A stretch of 64,000 nt of DNA from an uncultured bacterium (GTDB lineage: Bacteria > Patescibacteriota > Minisyncoccia > Phycocordibacterales > GWA1-40-21): contig CAWJAN010000001.1 of the NCBI GenBank assembly GCA_963840885.1, positions 181,356-245,355 on the forward strand, read 5' to 3'. Shown one piece after another: positions 31,035-40,915 of this stretch. Below the pieces are notes generated by a model. It saw nothing but the letters and a program-made list of their open reading frames with translations, was not told where the DNA came from and ran no database searches. A program made the translations under genes and the position numbers. Each line of letters begins with the position of its first letter. Positions within the stretch are counted from its first letter, which is position 1.

Positions 31035-31090
31035 TGGTAGGACACATCCCTCTGGAGGATGTTATCTTGGTTCGAGTCCAAGTCCCGCAG
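31020..31090 (+). tRNA. tRNA-Gln(CTG)
   Basis: Anticodon arm CATCC-CTCTGGA-GGATG, GGTTCGAGTCC. Confidence 0.93.
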
Positions 31091-31249
31091 CAAAAATGAA
31101 CGCAGTGATTTTTTGCTGCGGGAAGAAGCTCTGGGAGAGCTTCTTCTTGGACTCGAAGCCCGATTGAGCATATTTTATGAGTAAAGCGAAATAAAATATC
31201 CAATCGGGATACTGAGTCTGTAAGACTCGAGTCCAAGTCCCGCAGCAAA
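31091..31249 (+). repeat. tRNA-3'-appended structured element, copy 1
   Basis: Antisense and sense copies of the tRNA-Gln 3' end flank a core shared with 44940-45111. Confidence 0.85.
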
Positions 31250-31446
31250 TAATTTTTCCTATAGATCTATGTCGGTAAATAGTATTGTGCAACTAAATAA
31301 AAAGTCCCTCAGTAAATGAAGGACTTGTAATCTTAAAAATCTTTTGAGGGGATGAGCTTACGGCTCATCCTCTTTATTATGTTTGACATAGTGATTTTAT
31401 CGTGTTAATTTTAAATAGGACGACTTATCGTAAGTTAGGGGGAAAA

Positions 31447-31686
31447 ATGCTATTTTCAAATAAAAGGCATCCTGAACTTGGTCCGGATGAAGTCTGGATA
31501 ACGAACACTGATCTTGAAGGTTTTTCCAAAATTAAATGGAAAACCAAAAGAATGGGAGACTTAGCATATGATTTATACGGCAAGATCATAAACGGATACA
31601 ATGGGTCAAAAGTTTTGCCGGTTTTCGTCAAGAAATCCGAGATTATGCTGAAAAAGCCTCAGCTTCTCAAAGAGCTCGGGATATGA
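31447..31686 (+). CDS. Hypothetical protein (standalone cassette)
   Basis: TTGACA upstream, G-rich RBS, downstream hairpin terminator. Confidence 0.6.
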   Translation: MLFSNKRHPELGPDEVWITNTDLEGFSKIKWKTKRMGDLAYDLYGKIINGYNGSKVLPVFVKKSEIMLKKPQLLKELGI

Positions 31687-31733
31687 ATTTAAAAGCGCAA
31701 TACATGAAAATATTGCGCTTTTTTTTATTTAAA

Positions 31734-33101
31734 TCAAAAACCTTTCCAGGTATTTAGAAACCTTTCCCTCTCCTCTTTATTGCGCTCCCTCCAGATAAGC
31801 CATGCTATGAGGAAAAATATGAAAAGCAAGATTATGATTGCGAATAATATTATGAGCAAATCCATATATGGATTGCTGACGGAACTGACATCAAATTTTC
31901 CCTGGCTTGCGAATACCGGCTCATTTTTTGAATTGTATCCGGTTATATAAAATGAATAAAGCGTATCTTTAGGGAAATTCTGTATGACGGCCTGGAATGT
32001 CTTTCCCTTGATATCGTTATTGAAAAGATAAGAGAAGGTCTTGCTGGAATCAGCGGCATCCACTACCGTAAGCACAATTGATTTTATGCCCGCCGGCATT
32101 TTGCTTGCATCCGTAGTTATTATAAGCGGGGTCTTTGCGTCTACCGTTATGGTGCTAGATGATATCTTCAGATTCGAACTTTGCTGCGTAAAAACAAAAC
32201 TTGGATATGAAGTGGTTGAAGATGCTGATGACGTCGTGGAAGCCTGGCCTCCTGCACCAGAAGGAACAGTTGTCGTTCCTGTGCCTGATACCGGATATAT
32301 TGGAAATACCGGAACAGTGGATGAAGGAGATGATATAGGAATTGTGCTTGTCGTTCCGGAAGGTGGCACCAGATAAATCTTGGTTATAAGAGCATTGGAA
32401 AGGTTCCCATTCCTATTGTAAGAAAAGGCGGAATAATAATATGTTTTTCCATATGAAAGATTAAAGTCTATGGCGCTCTCCCCTGTTCCCGAATAAACCA
32501 GGAATCCGTCAACCGGATTTGCAGGAAAGAAAGTATCTGACCTGACTATCTTAACGCTTCCGAAATCCACGCTGTTAGGATTATTCCAGCTAAGCATCGC
32601 ATTATTAAGATTCTGCGTGGCCGTAAAATTTAGAATTGTCGGCGTGACTACTATTCCGCCTACTCCGGCATTTACCGGCGAAGCGGGCGGCGTCGAAGTG
32701 CTTGATGTGGAAATGACGCAGCTGTATGTAGTAAGAAGTTCAAGGCGCACTACAGATGTGGCTCCGCTTCCGCTTAGATTTATCGTCGTAGTCGGGCAAG
32801 ACGGGCTTGAAACCGAATATGAATTTGACCCGGAAATTTTCGTCACTTTGAAATAAACGCCGGATGTAGACGCGACGAATGTGACGTCCGAAGAATTGTC
32901 CAAGGTCACGTCGGCATAATTTGAATTCACGTCTATATTAGTGAATTGGCCTGATGTGGCAAAAATGATGCCTGGTGAGGCGGTATCAGACGTCAAAAAA
33001 GAAAAGTTTGTTGTTCCAGATATCTGAGCATCGTTAACCGCAAGCGCCATAATCGGCGCAAGAAGGAATCCGATTGAAACGATTGATATTTTTTTAAGCA
33101 T
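31734..33101 (-). CDS. Exported Ser/Thr-rich protein with FN3-like domain and C-terminal TM anchor
   Basis: Signal peptide, LSWNNP...IVRS...YYYSAF FN3-like pattern, C-terminal hydrophobic helix plus basic tail. Confidence 0.75.
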   Translation of the reverse strand: MLKKISIVSIGFLLAPIMALAVNDAQISGTTNFSFLTSDTASPGIIFATSGQFTNIDVNSNYADVTLDNSSDVTFVASTSGVYFKVTKISGSNSYSVSSPSCPTTTINLSGSGATSVVRLELLTTYSCVISTSSTSTPPASPVNAGVGGIVVTPTILNFTATQNLNNAMLSWNNPNSVDFGSVKIVRSDTFFPANPVDGFLVYSGTGESAIDFNLSYGKTYYYSAFSYNRNGNLSNALITKIYLVPPSGTTSTIPISSPSSTVPVFPIYPVSGTGTTTVPSGAGGQASTTSSASSTTSYPSFVFTQQSSNLKISSSTITVDAKTPLIITTDASKMPAGIKSIVLTVVDAADSSKTFSYLFNNDIKGKTFQAVIQNFPKDTLYSFYITGYNSKNEPVFASQGKFDVSSVSNPYMDLLIILFAIIILLFIFFLIAWLIWRERNKEERERFLNTWKGF

Positions 33102-33460
33102 TATTTTGAATTGGTTCCGGAAGCATTCAGGATGACGGGATTTGAAACGGGTATTTTCTGTATATTTATTATCTGATTTTTAGCGTAATCGTAAATTATG
33201 GTTATGTCCGGATATATTATCACCCTGTCCCCGTCCTCGGCGTTTGCAAAAAGCGTCGGAGACAATTGTTTTGCGGCATTTATATCTGTGATGACTGCCA
33301 TGCTCGGAGCCGTGTTCTCATTAAGCAGCATGATTGAACCGAGCCTTAAAAGAACTGATGCATCGGATGCCGTAGGCTTATGGGAAAAAGCGTAATAAAG
33401 CCAGATGACCACGAGTATGGTTATGAGCAAGGTCAGGGTTGTTTTGAGATAATTTTTCAT
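33101..33460 (-). CDS. Hypothetical membrane-anchored protein
   Basis: N-terminal TM; FANAEDGDRVIIY; start overlaps adjacent gene boundary. Confidence 0.7.
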   Translation of the reverse strand: MKNYLKTTLTLLITILVVIWLYYAFSHKPTASDASVLLRLGSIMLLNENTAPSMAVITDINAAKQLSPTLFANAEDGDRVIIYPDITIIYDYAKNQIINIQKIPVSNPVILNASGTNSK

Positions 33461-33502
33461 ATTTTTTATTTAGTTACTTAGGCTTCTATCCGAGTAATTT
33501 TA

Positions 33503-36500
33503 TTAATTGGCCATTATACTTGCACCAATTACGTTGCTAGGAGATGCGCCTGTACCAGTACATGTATTCAACATATCTAGCACATCTCCCGCAGAAGCTG
33601 ACACCGTATGCGTTGTATCATGACAAGCGCTCGCACCTGCTGCTATAGTGCATGTAAGTGCCGTGCTTGCTCCATTTAGCCTAAGAACATATACTTCTGA
33701 GTCATTTACCGGAACATTAGAACGAGTTACTACATAAAGTTTGCTCAAAGTTGTAGCCACAGGCAATGGCGTAGGAATAACGCTAGTTTCGGTGCTGCTA
33801 TCATCAGCCGCACCAAAGTAAGTGGCGAATCCTCCTCCCGAACAACTAATGCTGCCATAGTTCTGGGTATTGCCAAATCGAATCATAGAACCAATGCCGA
33901 CTGTATTTCCGGTTCCTCCGTTTGCAATAGGAAGGGTACCGGTAACAGCGCTTGCCGATGCTAGGTTCACTTGGCCAAACGCAAGCGCAGTGCCTCCAGT
34001 ATTAACTACCAAAACTTGATTGGCCGTGCCCTGTATAGAAGCATTGTCTGCTGTAGCGTTTCCTGTAACCCCAAGAACGGATCTCGCGGAACCCTGTGTA
34101 AGATTAGCAAACGGAAGACGTCCAGTTACTCCATTTGCAAGATTTATTTGCGCCCATGCCGGATTATTAGAAGTGCCCGTATTAGAAAGATAACTTGTTG
34201 CGGATGTATTTTTTGCTAATGCCGAAATTGTATTTGCCGCCGAACCGTAAAGGATATCGCCTTGCGATGCTGCATTCGGAAGCACGAGCGTTGACCATGC
34301 AGGCGCTGTTCCCGCTCCGCCGGAACGCAAGAATGAACCGGCCGTAACATCTATTAGTTTTGAAAGCGTTGTTGCAGCACTTGCATAAAGAATATCGCCG
34401 GTTGTATAAGTTGTTTGTCCTGTTCCTCCGTTTGCCGCTATCAAACTTCCGCCGGAAAGTGAAAGTGTTCCTGATGTTGTAATAGGTGTGCCGGTAAACG
34501 TAAGGCCGATAGTCGAAGATGCAGCAACGCTTGTAACTGTTCCTCCAGCAGAGCTAGAAGTAGAAATAACATTTCCATTTGCATCTACTCCGAGAAAAGA
34601 GTTCGCTAGATTTAAAATTTTTAAACCGTTTGTAGTTGTAGTGCCTGTTACAGAAAGAGCTGTATTCGGAGTGGATGTGCCTATTCCTACATTACCATTC
34701 AAAAGCTCGATATTTCCTGAATTATCAAGAAGGATTTTTTCATTGCTCGATGTAGATGTTCCGCCTTGGAATAATGCGACTGAAGTCGAAGACTGCCTTG
34801 ATGCGATTACAAATTGATTGGTGAAGAAAGTTGCGGATGGATTTCCATATTGGAAAGATGCCGATAGAGTGCCATTCGAATCATACATATTCATACCAGC
34901 ATACGAGGTGTTTAAAGTTGATTGATTCCTTATTGTCGCATCCCCGGAAGAAGCTATTGTGAGAGGAGCTGCGGTTATAGTGCTCGTACCAATACTGACA
35001 TTTCCTCCGGCTGCGTAATAAATATTATTTCCGGATGTCGTCCACTGGGATGAGGTAATACCGAGCGTTGAAGTTGACATCCATGCCAAGCCATCCGTTG
35101 CCGTGGAACTCGCCGCAAGAATCTGTCCATCTGAACCTATACCCAGACGGACATTGTTTGATCCGTCGCTTGAAATCAAGTCTCCTTTTGTTGTTATTGG
35201 AGAAAGGCTATTGAAAGCCGAAGTAGCCGTGGTTTGGCCCGTGCCGCCCTGGCTGATTCCGACCGTTCCCGTTGAAGTGAGATTTTTTGAACTGTCAGTG
35301 AAAATAGCTGCTGATGCGGCAAGACCTGGATAATTGGCGGTGCCGCTTATTGTTGTCGTTATACCTGATCTGCCTATGGAAACTGAAGTCGATGTTGATG
35401 CTCCGAGGTTTAATGCTCCCGCGGAATAAATATTGAGCGAACCTGCGCCGGTGGACCAAGTCGATGTCGCCCCGCCGGTGAGCGTCAATGCTCCCCCGGA
35501 AGTAAAACTGGAAGCTCCAGTAGGAGTTAACAACACTGATCCTGCACCTGAAGCGGTAAAATTTCCTGATGTAAGGGTCAAGGCAATATTTGTAGAAGCG
35601 GCTGTAGTGATTGACGAGCCTCCGTCATAAGCGCTTTGCAATGTCGGCGAAGATATCGATGACCATTTTATGCCGCTTGCTTGGGTTGAATCAACGGTTA
35701 AAACCTGTCCATTGGTTCCAGAAACCGGCAATCTTATATTATTTGTTCCATTATGAACTATGATATCGCCTTTTGTCGTAAGCGGAGACAATGCATTAAA
35801 TCCTGCTGTCTGTGTTGTCTGACCTGTGCCGCCATTTGTAATTCCCAAAGTTCCAGACAGAGTCAATGTTCCAGAATCCGTAATCGGGCTTCCGGAGAAT
35901 GAGAGTCCGGACAATGTCGTTGAAGCTGCAACGCTTGTCACTGTTCCTGAATTTCCATCTGCCCAGGCAAGGCCGGTTGAAGCACCTGAGCTTGCAATGA
36001 GAAATTGTCCGTTTGAACCGACACTGAGTTTCACATTATCTGAACCATCACTTGAAATTATGTCGCCTTTCGCAGTAATCGGAGACAAATTATTAAATGC
36101 GGTCGTGGTTGCCGCAGCTCCGGTTCCGCCATTTGCAACATTTAATGTTCCTGTAAGGACTAAAGTTCCTGAAGTTGAAACTGGTCCGCCAGTAAATGTA
36201 AATCCTGTAGTTCCCCCTGATGCATCAACACTCATTACAGTTCCGTTGTCTTCATCATCTCCCCAATCAAAGCCGGTCGGTGAAGTTGAAGAGGCACGTA
36301 AAAATAAGCCATCAGTACCGGTTGCAAGAGCTGTAATTGTATCCGGAGAGGACCAGTAAGCCAGAGTATTTGTTGCTCCGGATCCTGAATTAACTATAAA
36401 TGTTGAAGATGCATATGAGAAAGAAGGAAAGGCGGATGAAGCGTAAGTGAAAGACGGATATGTCGAGGTTGCATCTGCGATTGAGAGATATGTCGCTGCG

Positions 36501-38995
36501 GCGGAGGTTGTGGAAAGTTTTGCATCAAGCGTTGCTTGCAGATCTGCTTGGTCAGAAAGAAGGCCTGTGATGGATCCCCAGCTTACAGCAGCGGCAGATG
36601 TGGCCGACCAGTCGAAACCTGTCGGAGAAGTGGACGAGGCTCGCAAAAATTGTCCTGGAAGTCCGGTTGTGATGGTTCCGAGTCCATGCAAAGAAGACCA
36701 ATATGTAATCGTATTCGTGGCACCGGTTCCATTTGCAAAAGTGGACGATGCATATGGGAATGAAACATATGTCGCCGCGGCGGAAGTCGTGGAAAGATAG
36801 CCGCCGAGAGAAGATTGCGTCGCATATGTTGAAGAACCGTAATCGTAAGTGACGAAAGTGGATGATGCGTAAGTGAAAGACGGATATGTCGAGGTTGCAT
36901 CCGCGATTGAGAGATATGTCGCTGCGGCGGAGGTTGTGGAAAGTTTTGCATCAAGCGTTGCTTGCAGATCTGCTTGGTCAGAAAGAAGGCCTGTGATGGA
37001 TCCCCAATCAACGGTTGTTGTTGTGGTAGCCACCCAGTCAAAACCGCTTGCGGATGTTGAAGATGCGGTAAGGAAATATCCTGGCGTTCCGCTTGGAATA
37101 GTTCCCAGAGTTCCTGTCCCGCTCCAATAAGGAATGGTTTTTGCAACGCCATTCCCTGCTCCGGCTACAAAAGTCGATGAAGCGTTCGTGATAGTCAGAT
37201 ATGTCGCCGCGGCGGAAGTCGTGGAAAGATAGCCGCCGAGAGAAGATTGCGTCGCATATGTTGATGAACCGTAATCATAAGTTGCGAAGGCCGAAGAAGC
37301 ATAGGCGAAAGACGGATATGTAGACGTGGCGTCTGATATCGCAAGGTATGTGCTTGCGGCGGAAGTCGTGGAAAGATAGCCGTCAAGGCTTGTCGTCGAA
37401 ATATAGCCTGCCGGATTTGAAGAGAGATAATATGTCGATGATGCCTCATCTATAGACAGATAAGTCGATGATGCGTATGTAAACGAAACATATGTTGCTG
37501 CGGCGGAAGTCGTGGAAAGAAAACCTACCGAAGAAGTTGGCGAAGTCCATGACAAACTGCCGGAGCCGTCGGTAGTCAAAACATAACCGGCTGAACCGTC
37601 TGAATCCGGAAAGGTGTATGTTGTAGAGCTTGTAATCGAATTCGGAATAAATCCGACATAGCCAGAAGTGGAAGCCGAGAGCCTCAGTTCTCCTTTTACA
37701 TCAAGGGCTGATCCGGGAATTGTCGTGCCTATGCCGACATTGCCATCGCCATCGATTATCATGCGCTCATTTGTCGTATCGGCGCCGCCGGTGATAAATT
37801 TTATTGAGGAATCGCCGCCGGTTAAAGCTGAAGGGAAAAGCGTGCCGATTACAAGATCATTTCCTCCGCTCACTAAAAATCCGTTATCCGGGCCTCCAAG
37901 CGGAAACGTAGGATTGTTATATCCGGAAGATGTTATGCCCATTGTCATGGAATTTTGTTGCGGATAGGGACTGTCATGATTGTCGGCGCCCGCAGATAAG
38001 ACAGAAGCTGCTGCGTTGCCTGCATTCCTGTTGGTAACATTCAAAAACAAGTTGTCATTGATATCTCCGTTGCCGGTTATGGTTCCTGGGTTTCCTGGGT
38101 CAGCTTCGACTCTGAATTTTTCTGTTCCGAAAGAATCCGATCCTACGAGGACCTGGCCTGCATTATTTATTATAAAAGGCGTAGTATCATTTGGTTCATC
38201 GTCTACTTGGAAACTGTTTCCGTCGCCAAGATTTTTTACATATAATGGCATCGCCGTGGAACCTGCTTGGGTTCTTACCTCCACTATAGCCGGGTTTCCA
38301 GTCGCTGTTGACGGAGAGCTCTCGCCAAAAACCATTCCTGTCTGATCCGGACTTGCCAAAGACCAGTTCCATGCCTGAGGATTGTCTCCATTATCTATCG
38401 TATTGCCTGCGGTTGCCGCAAACAAAGAAGAAAGCGTTGTGGCTGGAGTTGAGGAACTGAGAAGTTCCAGCCAGTTTGAAAGAGTACTCGGCGGAGTAGC
38501 TGAAAGTATGTAAGATTTGTTTTCATCGGTCCTTATGGCGACATCTCCCACATCGGCTGAAAGCGCAAGCATAGATGCTTCATCGCTGACTACATAGGTA
38601 TGCGTAATGACAAGAGATGGCAATTGAGAAGCGAAAACTTGGCCGTTTCCATCAAGCGTAGCTACTCCGCCAGGAACACCTACCGGCAAATTGCTCATCG
38701 GCACGACTCCGGACGAATCGAGAGGAGCTATACCGTTTGCATCGCCTACTCCGAGCCCGGCATTCGATAAAGCATTGGTGACTGAAACCCAAATGGCATT
38801 CCCGGATGAATCTGAAGACAATATGAAATTATTATTCGCTCCGCTTTCGAATTTTAAAGCGCCGGAAACGGTAAGGCTTCCGCCTGTTGAAATATTCGTA
38901 CCTATTGTAGTAGCTGCAAAAACCAAAGCAGGAGCGATGGCCAATCCCATCGATAATGAAACTGAAAACAAAATTTTATATGTTTTTATTTTCAT
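33503..38995 (-). CDS. Large exported repeat-rich fibre/adhesin-like protein (1830 aa)
   Basis: Signal peptide; recurrent GNVGIGT, NGGTG, TTKGD, GTVTSV and YLSTTSAAATY modules. Confidence 0.8.
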   Translation of the reverse strand: MKIKTYKILFSVSLSMGLAIAPALVFAATTIGTNISTGGSLTVSGALKFESGANNNFILSSDSSGNAIWVSVTNALSNAGLGVGDANGIAPLDSSGVVPMSNLPVGVPGGVATLDGNGQVFASQLPSLVITHTYVVSDEASMLALSADVGDVAIRTDENKSYILSATPPSTLSNWLELLSSSTPATTLSSLFAATAGNTIDNGDNPQAWNWSLASPDQTGMVFGESSPSTATGNPAIVEVRTQAGSTAMPLYVKNLGDGNSFQVDDEPNDTTPFIINNAGQVLVGSDSFGTEKFRVEADPGNPGTITGNGDINDNLFLNVTNRNAGNAAASVLSAGADNHDSPYPQQNSMTMGITSSGYNNPTFPLGGPDNGFLVSGGNDLVIGTLFPSALTGGDSSIKFITGGADTTNERMIIDGDGNVGIGTTIPGSALDVKGELRLSASTSGYVGFIPNSITSSTTYTFPDSDGSAGYVLTTDGSGSLSWTSPTSSVGFLSTTSAAATYVSFTYASSTYLSIDEASSTYYLSSNPAGYISTTSLDGYLSTTSAASTYLAISDATSTYPSFAYASSAFATYDYGSSTYATQSSLGGYLSTTSAAATYLTITNASSTFVAGAGNGVAKTIPYWSGTGTLGTIPSGTPGYFLTASSTSASGFDWVATTTTTVDWGSITGLLSDQADLQATLDAKLSTTSAAATYLSIADATSTYPSFTYASSTFVTYDYGSSTYATQSSLGGYLSTTSAAATYVSFPYASSTFANGTGATNTITYWSSLHGLGTITTGLPGQFLRASSTSPTGFDWSATSAAAVSWGSITGLLSDQADLQATLDAKLSTTSAAATYLSIADATSTYPSFTYASSAFPSFSYASSTFIVNSGSGATNTLAYWSSPDTITALATGTDGLFLRASSTSPTGFDWGDDEDNGTVMSVDASGGTTGFTFTGGPVSTSGTLVLTGTLNVANGGTGAAATTTAFNNLSPITAKGDIISSDGSDNVKLSVGSNGQFLIASSGASTGLAWADGNSGTVTSVAASTTLSGLSFSGSPITDSGTLTLSGTLGITNGGTGQTTQTAGFNALSPLTTKGDIIVHNGTNNIRLPVSGTNGQVLTVDSTQASGIKWSSISSPTLQSAYDGGSSITTAASTNIALTLTSGNFTASGAGSVLLTPTGASSFTSGGALTLTGGATSTWSTGAGSLNIYSAGALNLGASTSTSVSIGRSGITTTISGTANYPGLAASAAIFTDSSKNLTSTGTVGISQGGTGQTTATSAFNSLSPITTKGDLISSDGSNNVRLGIGSDGQILAASSTATDGLAWMSTSTLGITSSQWTTSGNNIYYAAGGNVSIGTSTITAAPLTIASSGDATIRNQSTLNTSYAGMNMYDSNGTLSASFQYGNPSATFFTNQFVIASRQSSTSVALFQGGTSTSSNEKILLDNSGNIELLNGNVGIGTSTPNTALSVTGTTTTNGLKILNLANSFLGVDANGNVISTSSSAGGTVTSVAASSTIGLTFTGTPITTSGTLSLSGGSLIAANGGTGQTTYTTGDILYASAATTLSKLIDVTAGSFLRSGGAGTAPAWSTLVLPNAASQGDILYGSAANTISALAKNTSATSYLSNTGTSNNPAWAQINLANGVTGRLPFANLTQGSARSVLGVTGNATADNASIQGTANQVLVVNTGGTALAFGQVNLASASAVTGTLPIANGGTGNTVGIGSMIRFGNTQNYGSISCSGGGFATYFGAADDSSTETSVIPTPLPVATTLSKLYVVTRSNVPVNDSEVYVLRLNGASTALTCTIAAGASACHDTTHTVSASAGDVLDMLNTCTGTGASPSNVIGASIMAN
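36441..37282. repeat. Near-identical internal duplications in the fibre gene
   Basis: 36441-36580 matches 36867-37006 (140 bp, 1 mismatch seen); 36767-36850 matches 37199-37282 (2 mismatches seen). Confidence 0.88.
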
Positions 38996-38998
38996 TTT

Positions 38999-40138
38999 TT
39001 AATTTTTATCCGATGTCCTTATCGTTATATTCGTGGAACCGGAAAGCGAAGTTGAAGAACCCGGTTCTGGCAATGTCAGATTGGCATCATTATTTCCCGA
39101 TGAATCTTTTATCGTTCCTCCGTTTAATTCGAGAGAAGATGAGTTTTGGTAATCCAGAGGAGAGGCAGAATCACCCTGCTTTATGTAATACAAGAATATG
39201 ATGAATCTGGAGCCTGAACCGCTCAGATAAGATACGGCTGAAGTCTGTGAATCTCCGGTCACAAGCATAAGCTCCGGCTTGCCGGAAACATACACTGGAC
39301 GATTGAAAGAAACTATTACCGGAATCCTTCCTGATTTGAAGGTTCCGCTGAGTATCGGGGAAATTACGGAAGTTACAGTTGCTCCGATATTTGAGACATC
39401 CTGTTTCGTATCTTTCATGTTCTGTGTTTCCGAATCGGCTTCGCTTGAAGTCGAGACCGAATCATTTTGATTATCTTCGACAGGAACGGTGGTTGTTGAT
39501 ATTTCCGTCGAAGTTGCGTCGCTTGCTTCGGTTGATGAGGAAACATCGGCATTCTCTGTGCTTGTGGAATTAGATTCATCCGAAACGGTGGAAGTCGCAG
39601 TCGATGTGCTTGCCGAATTATCGCTATCGCTTGATGTCGCCTGAGTTTCATCAAAAGAATTTTCCGTGCTTGTAGAAGACTGCAAATCTTGCGCGGAAGT
39701 CGAGGATGCGGTGACGGCCGTTGATGTCGCATCGGAAGATGAGGCTGCAGAAACGGAATCGGAACTCGTGCTCGTCGGATCTGTCGATGTTGAAGAATCT
39801 CCCGGCAATACCGGAGCATTATCCGTAGTCGTAGATTCCGCTCCGTTTCCGTCGCCGGAAACAGGAGCGGTTATTTCCGAAAAAGTATCTCCTATCGAAT
39901 CATCGATTACCGAAGTCGTCGATATAGAATCGCTTGAAGTCAGGTCGTTTATCGTGGATGTGGAAATGATGCTTTCTATGGTGCCGGTCGCCGATTCTTC
40001 ATCTGCAAAGGCGAAGCCGTTTTTTGACAGGGCCACGCTGAATAAATTGTAAGCAAAAATAAAGACAAATATGGCCAGAATGGTCCTGTAAAAATAGCTA
40101 CTATCTGCAATTATTTTTCTTAGTTTATGTGGATACAT
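38999..40138 (-). CDS. Membrane-anchored Ser/Thr/Asp-rich protein with C-terminal Ig-like domain
   Basis: TM, long S/T/D stalk, V.F..PV.V.G.P.L.L...YLSGSGS..F.Y Big-like pattern. Confidence 0.72.
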   Translation of the reverse strand: MYPHKLRKIIADSSYFYRTILAIFVFIFAYNLFSVALSKNGFAFADEESATGTIESIISTSTINDLTSSDSISTTSVIDDSIGDTFSEITAPVSGDGNGAESTTTDNAPVLPGDSSTSTDPTSTSSDSVSAASSSDATSTAVTASSTSAQDLQSSTSTENSFDETQATSSDSDNSASTSTATSTVSDESNSTSTENADVSSSTEASDATSTEISTTTVPVEDNQNDSVSTSSEADSETQNMKDTKQDVSNIGATVTSVISPILSGTFKSGRIPVIVSFNRPVYVSGKPELMLVTGDSQTSAVSYLSGSGSRFIIFLYYIKQGDSASPLDYQNSSSLELNGGTIKDSSGNNDANLTLPEPGSSTSLSGSTNITIRTSDKN

Positions 40139-40242
40139 ACTATGCTCTAAATTATATCAATAAAGCGTTCTATAATAAAGGGGTTTGGCGGCAGTTGATA
40201 ACTATTAATTTAAGCTTGGCTTATGCCTGTTATAATAAGCCT

Positions 40243-40899
40243 GTGATAAGAAAAATATTCTATAAATTCTTCAGGAATTTGGCCATGTTTTGGAGCGGAT
40301 ACAACCTGATTTTTCAGGCAATCGCTATCCTCCTTACTTACTTTATAGTCACAAGCGATTTTGACTGGAAATTTTTTGAATTCACAAGAATCATTCCTAC
40401 ATCTGTCTACTTCCCTGCTATCATTATGGGCGGGCTTTTGCCTATTTTCATTCCGATTTTTTTCCTGGGATACGGAAATGCTAAAAACGATAAAAGTATT
40501 TCTTTATCTGGGGTAGCTCTCGGCCAATCGGCAATAATAGGGCTTCTGATTTCCGGGTTCTATAAAATCTTTACCGGAAGAATCCAGCCGAACCTTTACA
40601 ATACCGTCACCGATATAAGCAAGGAATTCAATTTTGGATTCATGAGGCACGGAGTTTTTTGGGGGTGGCCTTCAAGCCACACTACTGTGGCTTTCGCCAT
40701 GGCCATAACCCTTATTTATCTTTATCCAAAAAATAAAGCTTTGATTGTACTCTCGCTCATATATGCATTTTATGTGGGAATAGCCGTATCGATGAGCATA
40801 CATTGGTTTTCGGAATTCGTGGCCGGAGCTATATTCGGAACCATTATAGGAATGATAGTCGGAAAGACTTTTGCCGATTATAAAAAAACCTCCGCATAG
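40243..40899 (+). CDS. PAP2-family phosphatase
   Basis: K..TGR.QP, PSSH, HWFSE motifs; GTG start follows TGTTATAAT. Confidence 0.85.
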   Translation: MIRKIFYKFFRNLAMFWSGYNLIFQAIAILLTYFIVTSDFDWKFFEFTRIIPTSVYFPAIIMGGLLPIFIPIFFLGYGNAKNDKSISLSGVALGQSAIIGLLISGFYKIFTGRIQPNLYNTVTDISKEFNFGFMRHGVFWGWPSSHTTVAFAMAITLIYLYPKNKALIVLSLIYAFYVGIAVSMSIHWFSEFVAGAIFGTIIGMIVGKTFADYKKTSA

Positions 40900-40915
40900 G
40901 CGGAGGTTTTTTTAT

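Noticed and set aside
30734-31090. Intron-containing tRNA-Gln with a homing endonuclease
   Set aside because: The downstream tRNA is complete on its own, and there is no room for a group I intron core around the ORF.
36441-37282. Diversity-generating retroelement TR/VR pair
   Set aside because: The repeats are in-frame tandem duplications with only 1-2 mismatches, are not at the C-terminus, and no reverse transcriptase is present in the window.
33503-38995. Prophage tail-fibre gene
   Set aside because: It has a signal peptide, and no terminase, capsid, integrase or other phage genes are nearby.
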